This document shows, piece after piece, positions 1-9,647 of a stretch of DNA of 64,000 nucleotides. Position 1 is the stretch's first letter. Each line of letters begins with the position of its first letter. The translations under genes and the position numbers were made by a program. Under the pieces are notes generated by a model. It searched no databases and was not told where the DNA came from. It saw only the letters and a list, made by a program, of their open reading frames with translations. The stretch comes from Escherichia phage vB_EcoM_WFL6982: sequence record MK373774.1. The stretch is one strand, 5' to 3'.

Positions 1-2214
1 TTATTTGGCCGCTTCCACGGCCTTCATGAATTTAACGATTTGAGCGACCTGTTCTTTGGAAAGAGTACCACGTCGTCCCATGTAGTCTGACACAATATGA
101 TAATTGGTTTCGAATTCAATAACCATTTTATCATCATTATCGTAAGCATTATCTTTAAGCTTATCGAAAATTTTAGCACACAATTCTAACTTCTTATTCA
201 GGTCTCTGTTATCAGCACCTGCGAATCGATTCCATCCCCAGCGATTATTTACTGTTGAGAGTTTTGCAAAGTCTTTACTGATTTCTTTGTTCTTAGAGCT
301 AAAATACTTACTAAGGAAGTTAAGCTCTTCATTACGAGTAATATGGTTTAGATAGGGCTGTGCTCTACGACTTGGTGATACATACTCATCATAATCTACT
401 TTATCGATTAGCGTAATATAGTCATTAATTGATTTTTCGAACAAGCATTCTACTTCGCCAAGTTTACGAACTTTCTTAGCAATCTGTGGGCGAACTACAG
501 TGAACTCTTTAATACCTGACAAATCAGCAATACGAGTCAAGAAATTAGAGTCATAGTTTAACCAACCTTTATCTGCGACAAGACATTCAGCATTAGAACG
601 ATTACGAATTACAACATAACCTTGAATCTCATCAGCTTTACTAGCCGGAATAAAGAGATCTTCTGATACCCAAACATCGTTTTCATTCTTAAAGAACCGA
701 TGAGCACTTGGGGATTTAGGACGAGGCTGCGATGAACGTTCTTTAACTTCAATCCATGGTTTAACTAATGCAAGAATTTCAGAGGTCTTATAAAATTTAA
801 GGCTATCACCAGCGAAAATAACCTTTAATCGTTCCAGAAGTTTCATTGCAACTTCATCTTCCGGGTTAATGAATAATACGCTACTACCCCGTCCAGAAGG
901 AACCTTATCAACGAGTGTTGATGCATCAGTGGAAGTCAAAGCATCGTTCAGAGCACGCATCATTGGTACGCGGCCTTTCACATCGTCAATAACGATATCA
1001 ATATGCTTACGACTAATACCTAGCAGGCTATTAATTGAAATAGTTGCAGACGAGCTTCCGCTTTCACGAATACGACGAAGTCGTGGGTCTGAAACGATAT
1101 CATATACAACGCCAAGGTTACACCATTCAGGTCCCATTTTAAAACGTTTGTACAACTCAGAATAAGTTAGTTGTTCTTTAGAGTATTTCAGTGATTCAAT
1201 ATTAGAACCAGCTTTTTCCATATATTTACGAGCAGAGTAACCAAGAGAATCGATTTCACGGAATACATGACGTGGATATTCACAATCAATCCATTTCTTA
1301 GAATCTTCAGCAAATAATTTTGCATCGATTTCTGCAACGCGTTTATGGATATTTGCTACTGTACGTTTATCAAATGACAATGCTTCACGAGACGGGGCTA
1401 CATCTAGTTCACCCATAGGGAATTTAATATAAGCTGTAGTGCATCGCGTCATCATCCAGGTTTGTTCTTTAATAACACTTCCGATTGGATATACAATACC
1501 ACCATAAACAGCCATGATATTACCACGTTCACCCCATGGAGCTTCCTTGGCTAAATAAACATCATCGAATTCCGGGAAGTATTTGATATCTTTAACACCA
1601 CGAACTTCTGCAATATCGCCGAGAGGACGCATAACATAAGCAATTTCGGATGCGAACTTTTCAAAATCTTCTGGGTTAACAGGCACAACTACTTCAACGC
1701 CGGTTCGGTCATCAGGACCCATCTTATCTACAAAGGTTGGCTTAATTTGTGGACCACTGTCATCTTGATAAATTACATAACCACGAACTTCACCATTATG
1801 ATAAGAAGTAATGTTAAACGTATCAGTATATGCTAATGGAGCTTTAGAACCGAGACCGAAACCACCAATGAAATCGTTACTCGATGTTTTAGTTGAAGCA
1901 AAATATGAGTTATAGATTCCTGGCTCTTCGTCATTACCTCGAATGGTGAAATCGCTCATACCAGGACCAAAGTCTCGAACTACAAAACGTGGGTCTAAAC
2001 GACCTGGAGCCTGAACAATAAACTTATCAGTGCAACCATTAAGAATTTGTCCATCGATACAGTTTGTGATTAATTCACGTACACAAGCCAATTCTTTGTT
2101 TGTATAAAGGTCATTAGACAAAATCTTATAAACTTTGCTATTGCCTTGAATAGTGAATGCTGTGCTCTTACCGCCTGAACCAATAATCGTTTCTTTAGCC
2201 GTTTCAATAATCAT
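1..2214 (-). CDS. rIIA: rIIA membrane-associated lysis-inhibition / prophage-exclusion protector protein
   Basis: 737-aa ORF with GHKL/Bergerat ATPase-like motif (DFGPGMS); size and position next to topoisomerase II gene as in T4 rIIA; stop codon at window bases 1-3. Confidence 0.85.
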   Translation of the reverse strand: MIIETAKETIIGSGGKSTAFTIQGNSKVYKILSNDLYTNKELACVRELITNCIDGQILNGCTDKFIVQAPGRLDPRFVVRDFGPGMSDFTIRGNDEEPGIYNSYFASTKTSSNDFIGGFGLGSKAPLAYTDTFNITSYHNGEVRGYVIYQDDSGPQIKPTFVDKMGPDDRTGVEVVVPVNPEDFEKFASEIAYVMRPLGDIAEVRGVKDIKYFPEFDDVYLAKEAPWGERGNIMAVYGGIVYPIGSVIKEQTWMMTRCTTAYIKFPMGELDVAPSREALSFDKRTVANIHKRVAEIDAKLFAEDSKKWIDCEYPRHVFREIDSLGYSARKYMEKAGSNIESLKYSKEQLTYSELYKRFKMGPEWCNLGVVYDIVSDPRLRRIRESGSSSATISINSLLGISRKHIDIVIDDVKGRVPMMRALNDALTSTDASTLVDKVPSGRGSSVLFINPEDEVAMKLLERLKVIFAGDSLKFYKTSEILALVKPWIEVKERSSQPRPKSPSAHRFFKNENDVWVSEDLFIPASKADEIQGYVVIRNRSNAECLVADKGWLNYDSNFLTRIADLSGIKEFTVVRPQIAKKVRKLGEVECLFEKSINDYITLIDKVDYDEYVSPSRRAQPYLNHITRNEELNFLSKYFSSKNKEISKDFAKLSTVNNRWGWNRFAGADNRDLNKKLELCAKIFDKLKDNAYDNDDKMVIEFETNYHIVSDYMGRRGTLSKEQVAQIVKFMKAVEAAK

Positions 2215-2226
2215 ATTTTTCTCTCA

Positions 2227-2427
2227 TCACAAGTTACGTTTAAAAATTTCTGCCACTTCGAGAAGTTCTTCTTTAGTAGCTGTATCGGTTTGTATTTTAT
2301 ATCGAATTTCTTTAAAGCGTTCTTTAAAGGACTCTGCTGACTCGATATCAAAAAATCTTTGGATAAGCCGGAATTCCCGGAGAACCGCTTTATCAAAAAG
2401 TTCCAAGTCCACGTTATATGTTCTCAT
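2227..2427 (-). CDS. small hypothetical protein (rIIA.1 position)
   Basis: 66-aa ORF tightly packed upstream of rIIA on same strand. Confidence 0.5.
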   Translation of the reverse strand: MRTYNVDLELFDKAVLREFRLIQRFFDIESAESFKERFKEIRYKIQTDTATKEELLEVAEIFKRNL

Positions 2428-2519
2428 AATATTCTCTTCAGTAGATTCCTAGGGCACTATTACTAAAGACCATATAATTTATCATCTTATGTGTAATAGT
2501 GCCTCAGGCTATTCAGGAT

Positions 2520-3620
2520 TTACGCTGTGAAGATTTTATCCCACATCGCAACAACTGCATCTCGATTATACTTCTTCCATACTGCTTCAGCACGTTTAAC
2601 TCGAGCTTCGTATGTGTCAGTGAATTCTAATACAGCTTTTGTGTAAAGCGCAACTACTTCTTTCTTAGGAGTAGAGGAATCAATTTCTACACGCACTGTA
2701 TCTGGGTCGTATTCGAATGTCGCATGAGGATAATCCTTAAAAACTAACTGGATTACAGGGACACCTTTAGAGATGGCTTCAATAGAACTATTCTCTACCG
2801 TACCTGTGTCAGGACACGTATTAATAAGTGCTTTAGCTGTTTTAAGACGTTCCATAATTTCACTGTGTGGAGCATCAATAATAACAGGATATTTAGCTGG
2901 TGGTGCCCATTTACTAGGACAGTATCCTGCACCATTTTCGCCTAGTGCTTTAATCGCTTCAAGAGCAACATCAGTACGACGCATTTTAGTGTCATAACGT
3001 TGTGCACTAATAATCAGATCAGTCGCTGGAAGAACTTCAGGTTTCTCATTCAAACAAATAACCGGATAATCTTCGGCTTCAAACAACGGATTTGCTCGCC
3101 AATAATCATAATCAATTTTGTCAGTCAGACCTGAAGTCATATAACAATATTTACGTTCAAATTCACGGAAGGCTTTAGTAGGAGCATAACTCTTACCACC
3201 ATTCTTATGAATTTGAATAGTCTGGTCCCAAATTTGAACAATGCCACGAGATACCGGTTCAAATGGTGTTGCCATAAAATTCTTATGAACTTTAGAGAGA
3301 CCTGCGTCTTTAATTGCCTGAACGGTTAGTTTAGTCGGTTCCATAGTAACAACAAAATCGTATTCATGGATGCCGGCTAGTTCAACAATCTTACGAGCCA
3401 TAGTATAACTCATACCTAGACCGAATTTAGTCAGATGACCAACAGGATGATGATTAACCTTCCAATCACCAAATGTGTCATTATCAAAACCAATATAATC
3501 AATATCGGCACCGATGGACACAAGATATTTCAACACATTTAAATGTACTGCTTCAAGACCACCTTGTACACGGTCAGGATTAAATGGGACTGCACGAGAT
3601 GGGATAAACATAACTTTCAT
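2520..3620 (-). CDS. putative glycosyltransferase (candidate 5-hmC sugar transferase, arabinosyltransferase-like)
   Basis: 366-aa ORF inserted between rIIA.1 and gene 39 where T4 has no such gene; N-terminus MKVMFIPSRA.. resembles a GT-B-type glycosyltransferase start; phage lacks alpha-gt/beta-gt homologs. Confidence 0.65.
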   Translation of the reverse strand: MKVMFIPSRAVPFNPDRVQGGLEAVHLNVLKYLVSIGADIDYIGFDNDTFGDWKVNHHPVGHLTKFGLGMSYTMARKIVELAGIHEYDFVVTMEPTKLTVQAIKDAGLSKVHKNFMATPFEPVSRGIVQIWDQTIQIHKNGGKSYAPTKAFREFERKYCYMTSGLTDKIDYDYWRANPLFEAEDYPVICLNEKPEVLPATDLIISAQRYDTKMRRTDVALEAIKALGENGAGYCPSKWAPPAKYPVIIDAPHSEIMERLKTAKALINTCPDTGTVENSSIEAISKGVPVIQLVFKDYPHATFEYDPDTVRVEIDSSTPKKEVVALYTKAVLEFTDTYEARVKRAEAVWKKYNRDAVVAMWDKIFTA

Positions 3621-3646
3621 AATTAAGCCTTATTAAAATTAAAATG

Positions 3647-3664
3647 AAGCTCCCGAAGGAGCTT
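3647..3664 (-). terminator. UUCG-tetraloop stem-loop at 3' end of gene 39
   Basis: AAGCTCC-cgaa-GGAGCTT perfect 7-bp hairpin overlapping the gene 39 stop codon. Confidence 0.45.
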
Positions 3665-5480
3665 AGGACATCCATTCTTTACGAAGTTCTGAATCATCAC
3701 CCATCAACATTTCAAAGAGTTCTTTCCAATTTTCAGGAAGTTTAACTACGTCGTACACAGGGTTCTGAATCATTTCACGATATTCTGACTTTTCAAGGGA
3801 GCCTAATCCCTTGATGTATCGAATACTATGCTTAGGCAGTGTATCTTTAACTTCTTCATACTCAGCTACAGTATAAAACCATTTTTGAGCTTTGCCAATT
3901 TGTGCAATAATTACAGGTGTTTTAACAAAGCGAATACGTCCTTGTTCAAACAATTCAGGCCAATTACTAAAGAAAGCAAGCAAAGCCGGATAGATACTTC
4001 CAAGACCGTCATGATCGGCATCGGTCATAATTGCAATATTACGATAGTTCGTATTCTCTGCCTTTTCACCAAGAATAAGACCCGTGATAGCACAGATATC
4101 AAAGAGCTCTTTGTTCTTCATCATATCAGCATATGACATACCCCAGCTATTCATCACCTTACCACGTAATGGGAATCCGCCGTGTAGTTCACGGTCACGA
4201 ACATCAATGAGATAACCAATTGCCGAATCACCTTCTGTTAAAAACAATGTCGTATCTGCATCTTTACCACATTGGTTAGCTTTAATATGCTTATGAACCT
4301 TAGCTTTAGTTGCCTTTTTAGCTGCTTTAGTTTCTGCAGCCTTTTCTGCTGCCAATTTACGAGCTAATGCTGCTTCAACAATAGGCATAATCAAGGCTTC
4401 GTTTTTAAGAAGTGCCTGAGCAATTTTCTTAGCATCTAATTGGATATGATTACGAATATCACCATACGTTGACGTTAAACGTTCTTTAGTCTGAGAATCA
4501 AAACGCATGTTGCTCATGTCTCTAATAAACATCAACATTGTGAGACATTCTTTAACACGAGCTTTAGTGACTTCAATACCCTTATATTTCTTTTTAATAC
4601 CGGGCAAAAGATGTTCGCAGATATCATCCATTACACATTCAACATGATGACCACCATTTTTAGTATGGATGTTATTCACATAAGTTAAATGACGGAAGCC
4701 ATCTGGTGATGTTGTGAATGCTATAGAGACTTTATCATTTTCTTGAATGATGTTATCTTCACCAAATTGTTTAGCAAATCGTTTAAAATTACCATCAACC
4801 TTTTTACCATTAAATGTGAACTTGATATCAGGATAAACGACTGCCAATGTTTGAAGTCTGTCTAAAGTAATATCTAAATAAATTTGAGATAAATTATGCT
4901 CTTCAAATGAAGAGAAATCAGGAGTGAAGATTACTTTAGTGCCTTTACATTTAGATTTCTTAGAAGACCATGATTTGTTTTCCATTCCGTTTGAACAGTT
5001 AACAGTGATTTCATTTTCGCCATCTGACGTGATGCCTGTAAACAACGTAGAGAAGATATTAGTTAAACTACTCCCGACGCCGTTCATACCACCAGTCTTG
5101 CGTTCAGAATCATCACCAAAGTTACCACCAGCCTTTGGAATAGTCCAGGCTGCTACAGGCCCAGGAATTTGTTCACCTGTTTGGTCGGTAACTAAACCTT
5201 GAGGAATACCACGTCCGTTATCTTCCACCAAAACTTGATTATTTTTAATTTGCACATCAATTTTATTTGCAAACTTAAATGATGTACGAATAGCTTCATC
5301 AACCGAGTTGTCAATAATCTCATCGATTAATTTAACCAGACCAGGAACATATTCAACTTGTTGATATTTACCAAACAAAAAACGCTCATGTGCTTCTTTA
5401 GCAGAAGAACCAATATACATACCACTACGTTTCTTAATATGTTCTACATCTGACAATACCTTAATTTCATTTTTAATCAT
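3663..5480 (-). CDS. 39: DNA topoisomerase II large subunit (ATPase, GyrB-like), unsplit gene 39+60
   Basis: 605-aa ORF; GHKL ATPase motifs (NSVDEAI, EDNGRGIP) and TOPRIM region (LTEGDSA); single continuous ORF, no gene 60 split. Confidence 0.9.
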   Translation of the reverse strand: MIKNEIKVLSDVEHIKKRSGMYIGSSAKEAHERFLFGKYQQVEYVPGLVKLIDEIIDNSVDEAIRTSFKFANKIDVQIKNNQVLVEDNGRGIPQGLVTDQTGEQIPGPVAAWTIPKAGGNFGDDSERKTGGMNGVGSSLTNIFSTLFTGITSDGENEITVNCSNGMENKSWSSKKSKCKGTKVIFTPDFSSFEEHNLSQIYLDITLDRLQTLAVVYPDIKFTFNGKKVDGNFKRFAKQFGEDNIIQENDKVSIAFTTSPDGFRHLTYVNNIHTKNGGHHVECVMDDICEHLLPGIKKKYKGIEVTKARVKECLTMLMFIRDMSNMRFDSQTKERLTSTYGDIRNHIQLDAKKIAQALLKNEALIMPIVEAALARKLAAEKAAETKAAKKATKAKVHKHIKANQCGKDADTTLFLTEGDSAIGYLIDVRDRELHGGFPLRGKVMNSWGMSYADMMKNKELFDICAITGLILGEKAENTNYRNIAIMTDADHDGLGSIYPALLAFFSNWPELFEQGRIRFVKTPVIIAQIGKAQKWFYTVAEYEEVKDTLPKHSIRYIKGLGSLEKSEYREMIQNPVYDVVKLPENWKELFEMLMGDDSELRKEWMS

Positions 5481-5529
5481 GTTGTCTCCTCGTTATGAAG
5501 GTATTCTATCATCCGAAATCTAAAGCAAA

Positions 5530-5545
5530 AAGGGCCGAAGCCCTT
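5530..5545 (-). terminator. UUCG-tetraloop stem-loop at 3' end of goF-like gene
   Basis: AAGGGC-cgaa-GCCCTT hairpin. Confidence 0.4.
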
Positions 5546-5969
5546 ATTTAAATTTAATTTTCTGAAGTGCATCAATTGCAGCCAAACGCCCTTGTTCACT
5601 TTTAACTGTAATGACCACATCGCCTGATACGATCACCGAACCATCAACAAATTCTATAGAGCCTTTTTTGAAATCGACAGCTGTATCTGGTTCCTGAACT
5701 TCTTCAAAGAATTTAAATTCTGCACCATAAAGCAGAATATCACCTTGCATACTATGAATAGTTCGACCATAATCGCCTACGGCTTCTACAGCAATAACCG
5801 AAACACCGTAACCAATCATCTCTTCCACAATAAAATCTTTGGACAATAAAGTAGTATGCAGATTAGTATTAAGACGTTTACCAGTCGTATTAAGAATTCT
5901 CAAGAAATTATCTTCCTGTCCTTTGATAATACGATATTTCTTACCAACTTCAAAACCTTTAAAAGCCAT
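5544..5969 (-). CDS. goF: hypothetical protein, goF-like by size and position
   Basis: 141-aa ORF immediately upstream of gene 39 as T4 goF (141 aa); no motif verified. Confidence 0.4.
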   Translation of the reverse strand: MAFKGFEVGKKYRIIKGQEDNFLRILNTTGKRLNTNLHTTLLSKDFIVEEMIGYGVSVIAVEAVGDYGRTIHSMQGDILLYGAEFKFFEEVQEPDTAVDFKKGSIEFVDGSVIVSGDVVITVKSEQGRLAAIDALQKIKFK

Positions 5970-5971
5970 AA

Positions 5972-6151
5972 TTAACCCTTCTTAAGTAAGTCGTAAAAAC
6001 CACCGTTCACATGTTTAGGAGCAGAAACCCGACGAGTAGACAGACGATGACATTCAGGGCAAACATCGTTTTCTCGTTCAGAAATCCTTTTAATTTTTTC
6101 ATATTCATGACCACAATCTTCAGATTGACATTTATAGTCGTATAACGGCAT
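5972..6151 (-). CDS. small zinc-ribbon protein (FmdB-like CxxC..CxxC)
   Basis: 59-aa [31 protein letters not shown] stop-start overlap with upstream gene; below ORF-track size cut-off. Confidence 0.5.
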   Translation of the reverse strand: MPLYDYKCQSEDCGHEYEKIKRISERENDVCPECHRLSTRRVSAPKHVNGGFYDLLKKG

Positions 6152-6582
6152 TATTGTTCCTTAAAATGTGCTTTCAACATTTGATACAAAGACCATGCCT
6201 GGTCGTTATTTTCGATAGTAATCGTCATCACCGGAAATTCAGACAATTCATCAAGTTCACCATAATCTTGCTCTTCGGGCGCTTGATATGGATTTCCAAC
6301 TTCGTCAAAGAATTCTGCTTCATTCGTGGAGAGCCAGATAAAGTTTTCATCAAGAATATCACCGCCTGTTGCGTATCCAACCATGCCAGTAGATGTCACA
6401 AGTTTAGTAGGACGTCCAAGATGGTCAACATCTAATACTTTAAACGGTTCCATGCCAAGACGTCGTGCATAAATCCCATTATCAGTGTGGTCTTTAATAA
6501 ACTCTTCTTGGGCACGTTTATCTATGAACTGATACCATTTATTAACTTCAAATTTATTAGCCATTAGTAAGTTTCCTTCCAA
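6151..6582 (-). CDS. hypothetical protein
   Basis: 143-aa ORF, acidic C-terminus, co-directional packing. Confidence 0.55.
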   Translation of the reverse strand: MEGNLLMANKFEVNKWYQFIDKRAQEEFIKDHTDNGIYARRLGMEPFKVLDVDHLGRPTKLVTSTGMVGYATGGDILDENFIWLSTNEAEFFDEVGNPYQAPEEQDYGELDELSEFPVMTITIENNDQAWSLYQMLKAHFKEQ

Positions 6583-6836
6583 TAAGTTGTACCGTTTTCA
6601 GTGATTTCACGGAAGATACCATAGATAGGCATTTCATCGCCGAGTTTTTCGTAAACGTAAACCACTTCGGTGTAGCATAAAAATTCAGTCCAGTTTTTCT
6701 GTACAACAACTAAATCAGGATTAAACAGAACATCTTCAAACTCATCGATGTTTGAATCAGTAGTTACGTTTTTAATGATTTGACGTTTCATAATATTCTC
6801 CTCTTGTTTTGATAGGTCTATAGTATCATAGACCAT
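6564..6836 (-). CDS. hypothetical protein
   Basis: 90-aa ORF. Confidence 0.5.
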   Translation of the reverse strand: MVYDTIDLSKQEENIMKRQIIKNVTTDSNIDEFEDVLFNPDLVVVQKNWTEFLCYTEVVYVYEKLGDEMPIYGIFREITENGTTYWKETY

Positions 6837-6848
6837 AGTTGTTGTACA

Positions 6849-7373
6849 TCATTTTAGCAAAATAAAATCAACTTGTTCTGCCAATGAACGTCTAAACATT
6901 AATTGACAACTTCCGAGGATGAAATCAGGTGCTTCATAGACCGCGATGTAGTATCCTTTAGCTTTCAAGAGTTCAACATCCACCTGGTCATCAAACCATG
7001 CATAAACCGCGTCAACACTTTCAAATCCAAAATAGAACCCTTGAGCCCAATCTTCGTTCAATTCAAATGTGTGCTCAATTCTATAGTATCTTAAAATATT
7101 TTGTTCAAGGAGTTTGTCTTCATTTACTGTAGGACGATTAGGGACATTATAGTTGTCGCCGTGATGGTAGAAGTTACCTGAGAGTATTCCATGCTTATCA
7201 AGGAACTCCCATGTTTCTTCAGAGTTGTCGGTGCCTGACCAACCGTATGGCGAACGAGGTTCTTTATTCCAAGAGGTTTCCCAAATTCTGACGGCTTTAC
7301 CGTCTTCGATAGCAATTCCTGGTAATGATTCACGTTGAGTACAAAAACTACGTTCTACGCGGTAAACTAACAT
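6849..7373 (-). CDS. hypothetical protein
   Basis: 174-aa ORF with early promoter immediately upstream. Confidence 0.6.
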   Translation of the reverse strand: MLVYRVERSFCTQRESLPGIAIEDGKAVRIWETSWNKEPRSPYGWSGTDNSEETWEFLDKHGILSGNFYHHGDNYNVPNRPTVNEDKLLEQNILRYYRIEHTFELNEDWAQGFYFGFESVDAVYAWFDDQVDVELLKAKGYYIAVYEAPDFILGSCQLMFRRSLAEQVDFILLK

Positions 7374-7398
7374 ATTATTCTCCTCTGGTTGATGTGGT

Positions 7399-7427
7399 TA
7401 TAATATCAAAACCAGAGGAGAAGTAAA
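7399..7427 (-). promoter_or_regulatory. T4-type early promoter
   Basis: minus strand GTTTAC-17nt-TATTAT, about 25 nt upstream of ORF start 7373. Confidence 0.6.
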
Positions 7428-7432
7428 CAACT

Positions 7433-7852
7433 TTATGCAAAAGATGCTGGACAATATTTTTTGATTTGGAACTCAGGAACTACCATGAACTGTCCAGCGA
7501 AAACGATGTTATAAAGCTTAGCACCATCTTCAACCCATTGGTCACTAATGAAGCCGGCGATTTGCTTAGTTTTCCATGGCGTTCCATCAGTTGCCGCAGC
7601 AATAGTAAATTCATGGTCTTTTACAACTAAAACAGACCTGCACAGTTTCCATTTGAACGCACGTTCTTCTGGCTCAATGAACTGGCTTGAGACGTAGCCA
7701 ATATTACCATTAGCGTCACGAACTTTAACTTCGTTACGTCCAAAAACCGGATCACTCACAGAAAGAACTTCAACCAACTTCCCGGCAACTTTAGAGCGAG
7801 AAGCAACAGATACATATACGTAATCACCTGTAGAGAGATTTACAATATTCAT
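7433..7852 (-). CDS. hypothetical protein, member of 3-gene tandem paralog family
   Basis: 139 aa; shares N-terminal (SRSKxAGKLVEV) and C-terminal (GFISDQWVEDGxKLYNIVF) blocks with the two following ORFs. Confidence 0.6.
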   Translation of the reverse strand: MNIVNLSTGDYVYVSVASRSKVAGKLVEVLSVSDPVFGRNEVKVRDANGNIGYVSSQFIEPEERAFKWKLCRSVLVVKDHEFTIAAATDGTPWKTKQIAGFISDQWVEDGAKLYNIVFAGQFMVVPEFQIKKYCPASFA

Positions 7853-7861
7853 AATAATTCC

Positions 7862-8347
7862 TTAAGCTTTACGAGGAGACACATAGCGAGTGATTTCAGA
7901 TTCTTTAACAACTCGGAAGTCACCTAAGAATACGATATTGTATAACTTTTCACCATCTTCGACCCATTGGTCGCTAATGAAGCCACACATAGTATCAGTT
8001 TTGCTTGGATAACCGTATTCATCGATGAAGTCAAATTCTTTATCAGTCTGGAATTCAACACCTTTACACAAGGCCCATTTGAACTGTACATTAGGCTCTG
8101 TGGATTCAACTTTTTCTCTTGAAGCAAAAGCACTACTCGCAGGAGTTTCCAAGAACTTTGCACGAACATAAGCGAACTGAGTTTCCCTCGACCCAAGACT
8201 AGGAATAATACGAACTTTTACCTCAGAATCTTCATCTTTAACGCCTTCTTTAAGTTGAATACTTACAACTTCGACCAATTTTCCTGCTGCTTTAGAACGA
8301 GATTTGTTAGATACGCGAACGATTTCACCAATAATACCAAGATTCAT
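7862..8347 (-). CDS. hypothetical protein, member of 3-gene tandem paralog family
   Basis: 161 aa; conserved blocks shared with 7433..7852 and 8409..8903. Confidence 0.6.
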   Translation of the reverse strand: MNLGIIGEIVRVSNKSRSKAAGKLVEVVSIQLKEGVKDEDSEVKVRIIPSLGSRETQFAYVRAKFLETPASSAFASREKVESTEPNVQFKWALCKGVEFQTDKEFDFIDEYGYPSKTDTMCGFISDQWVEDGEKLYNIVFLGDFRVVKESEITRYVSPRKA

Positions 8348-8376
8348 AATTTTCTCTCTTTGTTTAAGTTGAATTC

Positions 8377-8406
8377 ATTATACTCCATCCATCCTTGGAT
8401 GTAAAA
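8377..8406 (-). promoter_or_regulatory. early promoter with palindromic spacer (variant copy)
   Basis: (G)TTTTAC - CATCCAAGGATGGATGG - AGTATAAT; palindrome CATCCA/TGGATG inside spacer. Confidence 0.55.
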
Positions 8407-8408
8407 CG

Positions 8409-8903
8409 TTAATTAAGAATATTAACTACTGCACTACGTGGAACAACACTAAAATCACCAGCATGAACAACATTAATAAGTTCAACACCATCTTCAATCC
8501 ACTGATCAGTTACCCATCCACTCACTGGACCTGCGAATGGACGTCGAATTGAAACAGCTTTACACAACAAATCAGTAGGCTCAATAGGCTTAATCAGAGT
8601 ACCGTACATACAAGCGATATCCATATCAATACAGATGTCTTTAACGGGTTCTACTTCTTCAATCAACAGTTCAAAGTCAGTGCTTGGAACGGCGGTAGTA
8701 GAAATTGTACCTTGTGAATTTTTAATTTCTAAGAATAACCAAGGGCCTTCAGCTTGTTTGATGAAGTTAACAATAGTGAAACTATTACCTTGAGTGGCAC
8801 CTAAAATTTCACAAAACTTTTCATAAGCTCGCACTGAAGCACCGTACCAGTTGATTTGTTTTTCGTCTTTCAGGATGTAAGTAGCCGTAGTATTGATATT
8901 CAT
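8409..8903 (-). CDS. hypothetical protein, divergent member of tandem paralog family
   Basis: 164 aa; C-terminal GWVTDQWIEDGVELINVVHAGDFSVV matches family motif. Confidence 0.55.
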   Translation of the reverse strand: MNINTTATYILKDEKQINWYGASVRAYEKFCEILGATQGNSFTIVNFIKQAEGPWLFLEIKNSQGTISTTAVPSTDFELLIEEVEPVKDICIDMDIACMYGTLIKPIEPTDLLCKAVSIRRPFAGPVSGWVTDQWIEDGVELINVVHAGDFSVVPRSAVVNILN

Positions 8904-8934
8904 AATGTTTTTCCTGTTTGGTTAAGATAGAAAG

Positions 8935-8964
8935 ATTATACTCCAACCATCCTTGGTTGTAAAC
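8935..8964 (-). promoter_or_regulatory. early promoter with palindromic spacer
   Basis: GTTTAC - AACCAAGGATGGTTGG - AGTATAAT; 27-nt core identical to copy at 51116..51147. Confidence 0.6.
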
Positions 8965-8969
8965 TGATT

Positions 8970-9647
8970 TTATCGCTGTTTTACACTTAACGGGTCAGGA
9001 TTCTCAGGGACATCTTCAAGGCCAAGCGCATAACGCTGAGCATATTTTAACATCAAAATATCTTTAGCACAATCATGAATACTATCATGGGCAACGAATC
9101 CTTTTAGCGTACCCATCGGTAATGGACACATACTTAATCCTCGTGTCAACGAGTAAGCTTCGATTGCCGTACGAATATCGCGTTGAGCCCAGAATTTAAC
9201 CGGTTCTAATTTATCAGTATCAATATCTGGTTCAAGAACACCTTCATCACGATAGAGGTCACGAATCAAATCGACCAAGATCGGGAAGTCAAAGCTCATA
9301 CCACGGCACCACATCTGTGATTTCCATTGGTCAACTTTATTAGCTCGACAATAATCTAAAAAGATTTTAATGCCTTCAAGCGTAGTGACATCGTCTTCAG
9401 ACGGGGCCAAGTTTTTACGTGCTTCAGCCGATTGCTCTTTCCACCATTTCATAGTGGATTTAGCGAAAACTCGCTTCCCTTTTTGAGAAGCTAAATTAAA
9501 TTTAATTCGCTTACCTCGTTGAACAAGTTCTTCAAATGATTCAACAACTTCAGGGTCGGAATTATATGCAATAACCGCAAGGTCAATAACAGCCGCTTTT
9601 GATGTATTGCCGAATGTTTCAAAATCTATAATAACATCAGTGCTCAT
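8970..9647 (-). CDS. dexA: exonuclease A (DEDDh 3'-5' exonuclease)
   Basis: 225 aa; matches T4 DexA sequence as recalled from memory (IDFET..AVIDLAVIA..GFVAHDSIHDCAKDILM). Confidence 0.9.
   Translation of the reverse strand: MSTDVIIDFETFGNTSKAAVIDLAVIAYNSDPEVVESFEELVQRGKRIKFNLASQKGKRVFAKSTMKWWKEQSAEARKNLAPSEDDVTTLEGIKIFLDYCRANKVDQWKSQMWCRGMSFDFPILVDLIRDLYRDEGVLEPDIDTDKLEPVKFWAQRDIRTAIEAYSLTRGLSMCPLPMGTLKGFVAHDSIHDCAKDILMLKYAQRYALGLEDVPENPDPLSVKQR

Noticed and set aside
869-1165. 98-aa plus-strand ORF inside rIIA
   Set aside because: Antisense to rIIA; no SD
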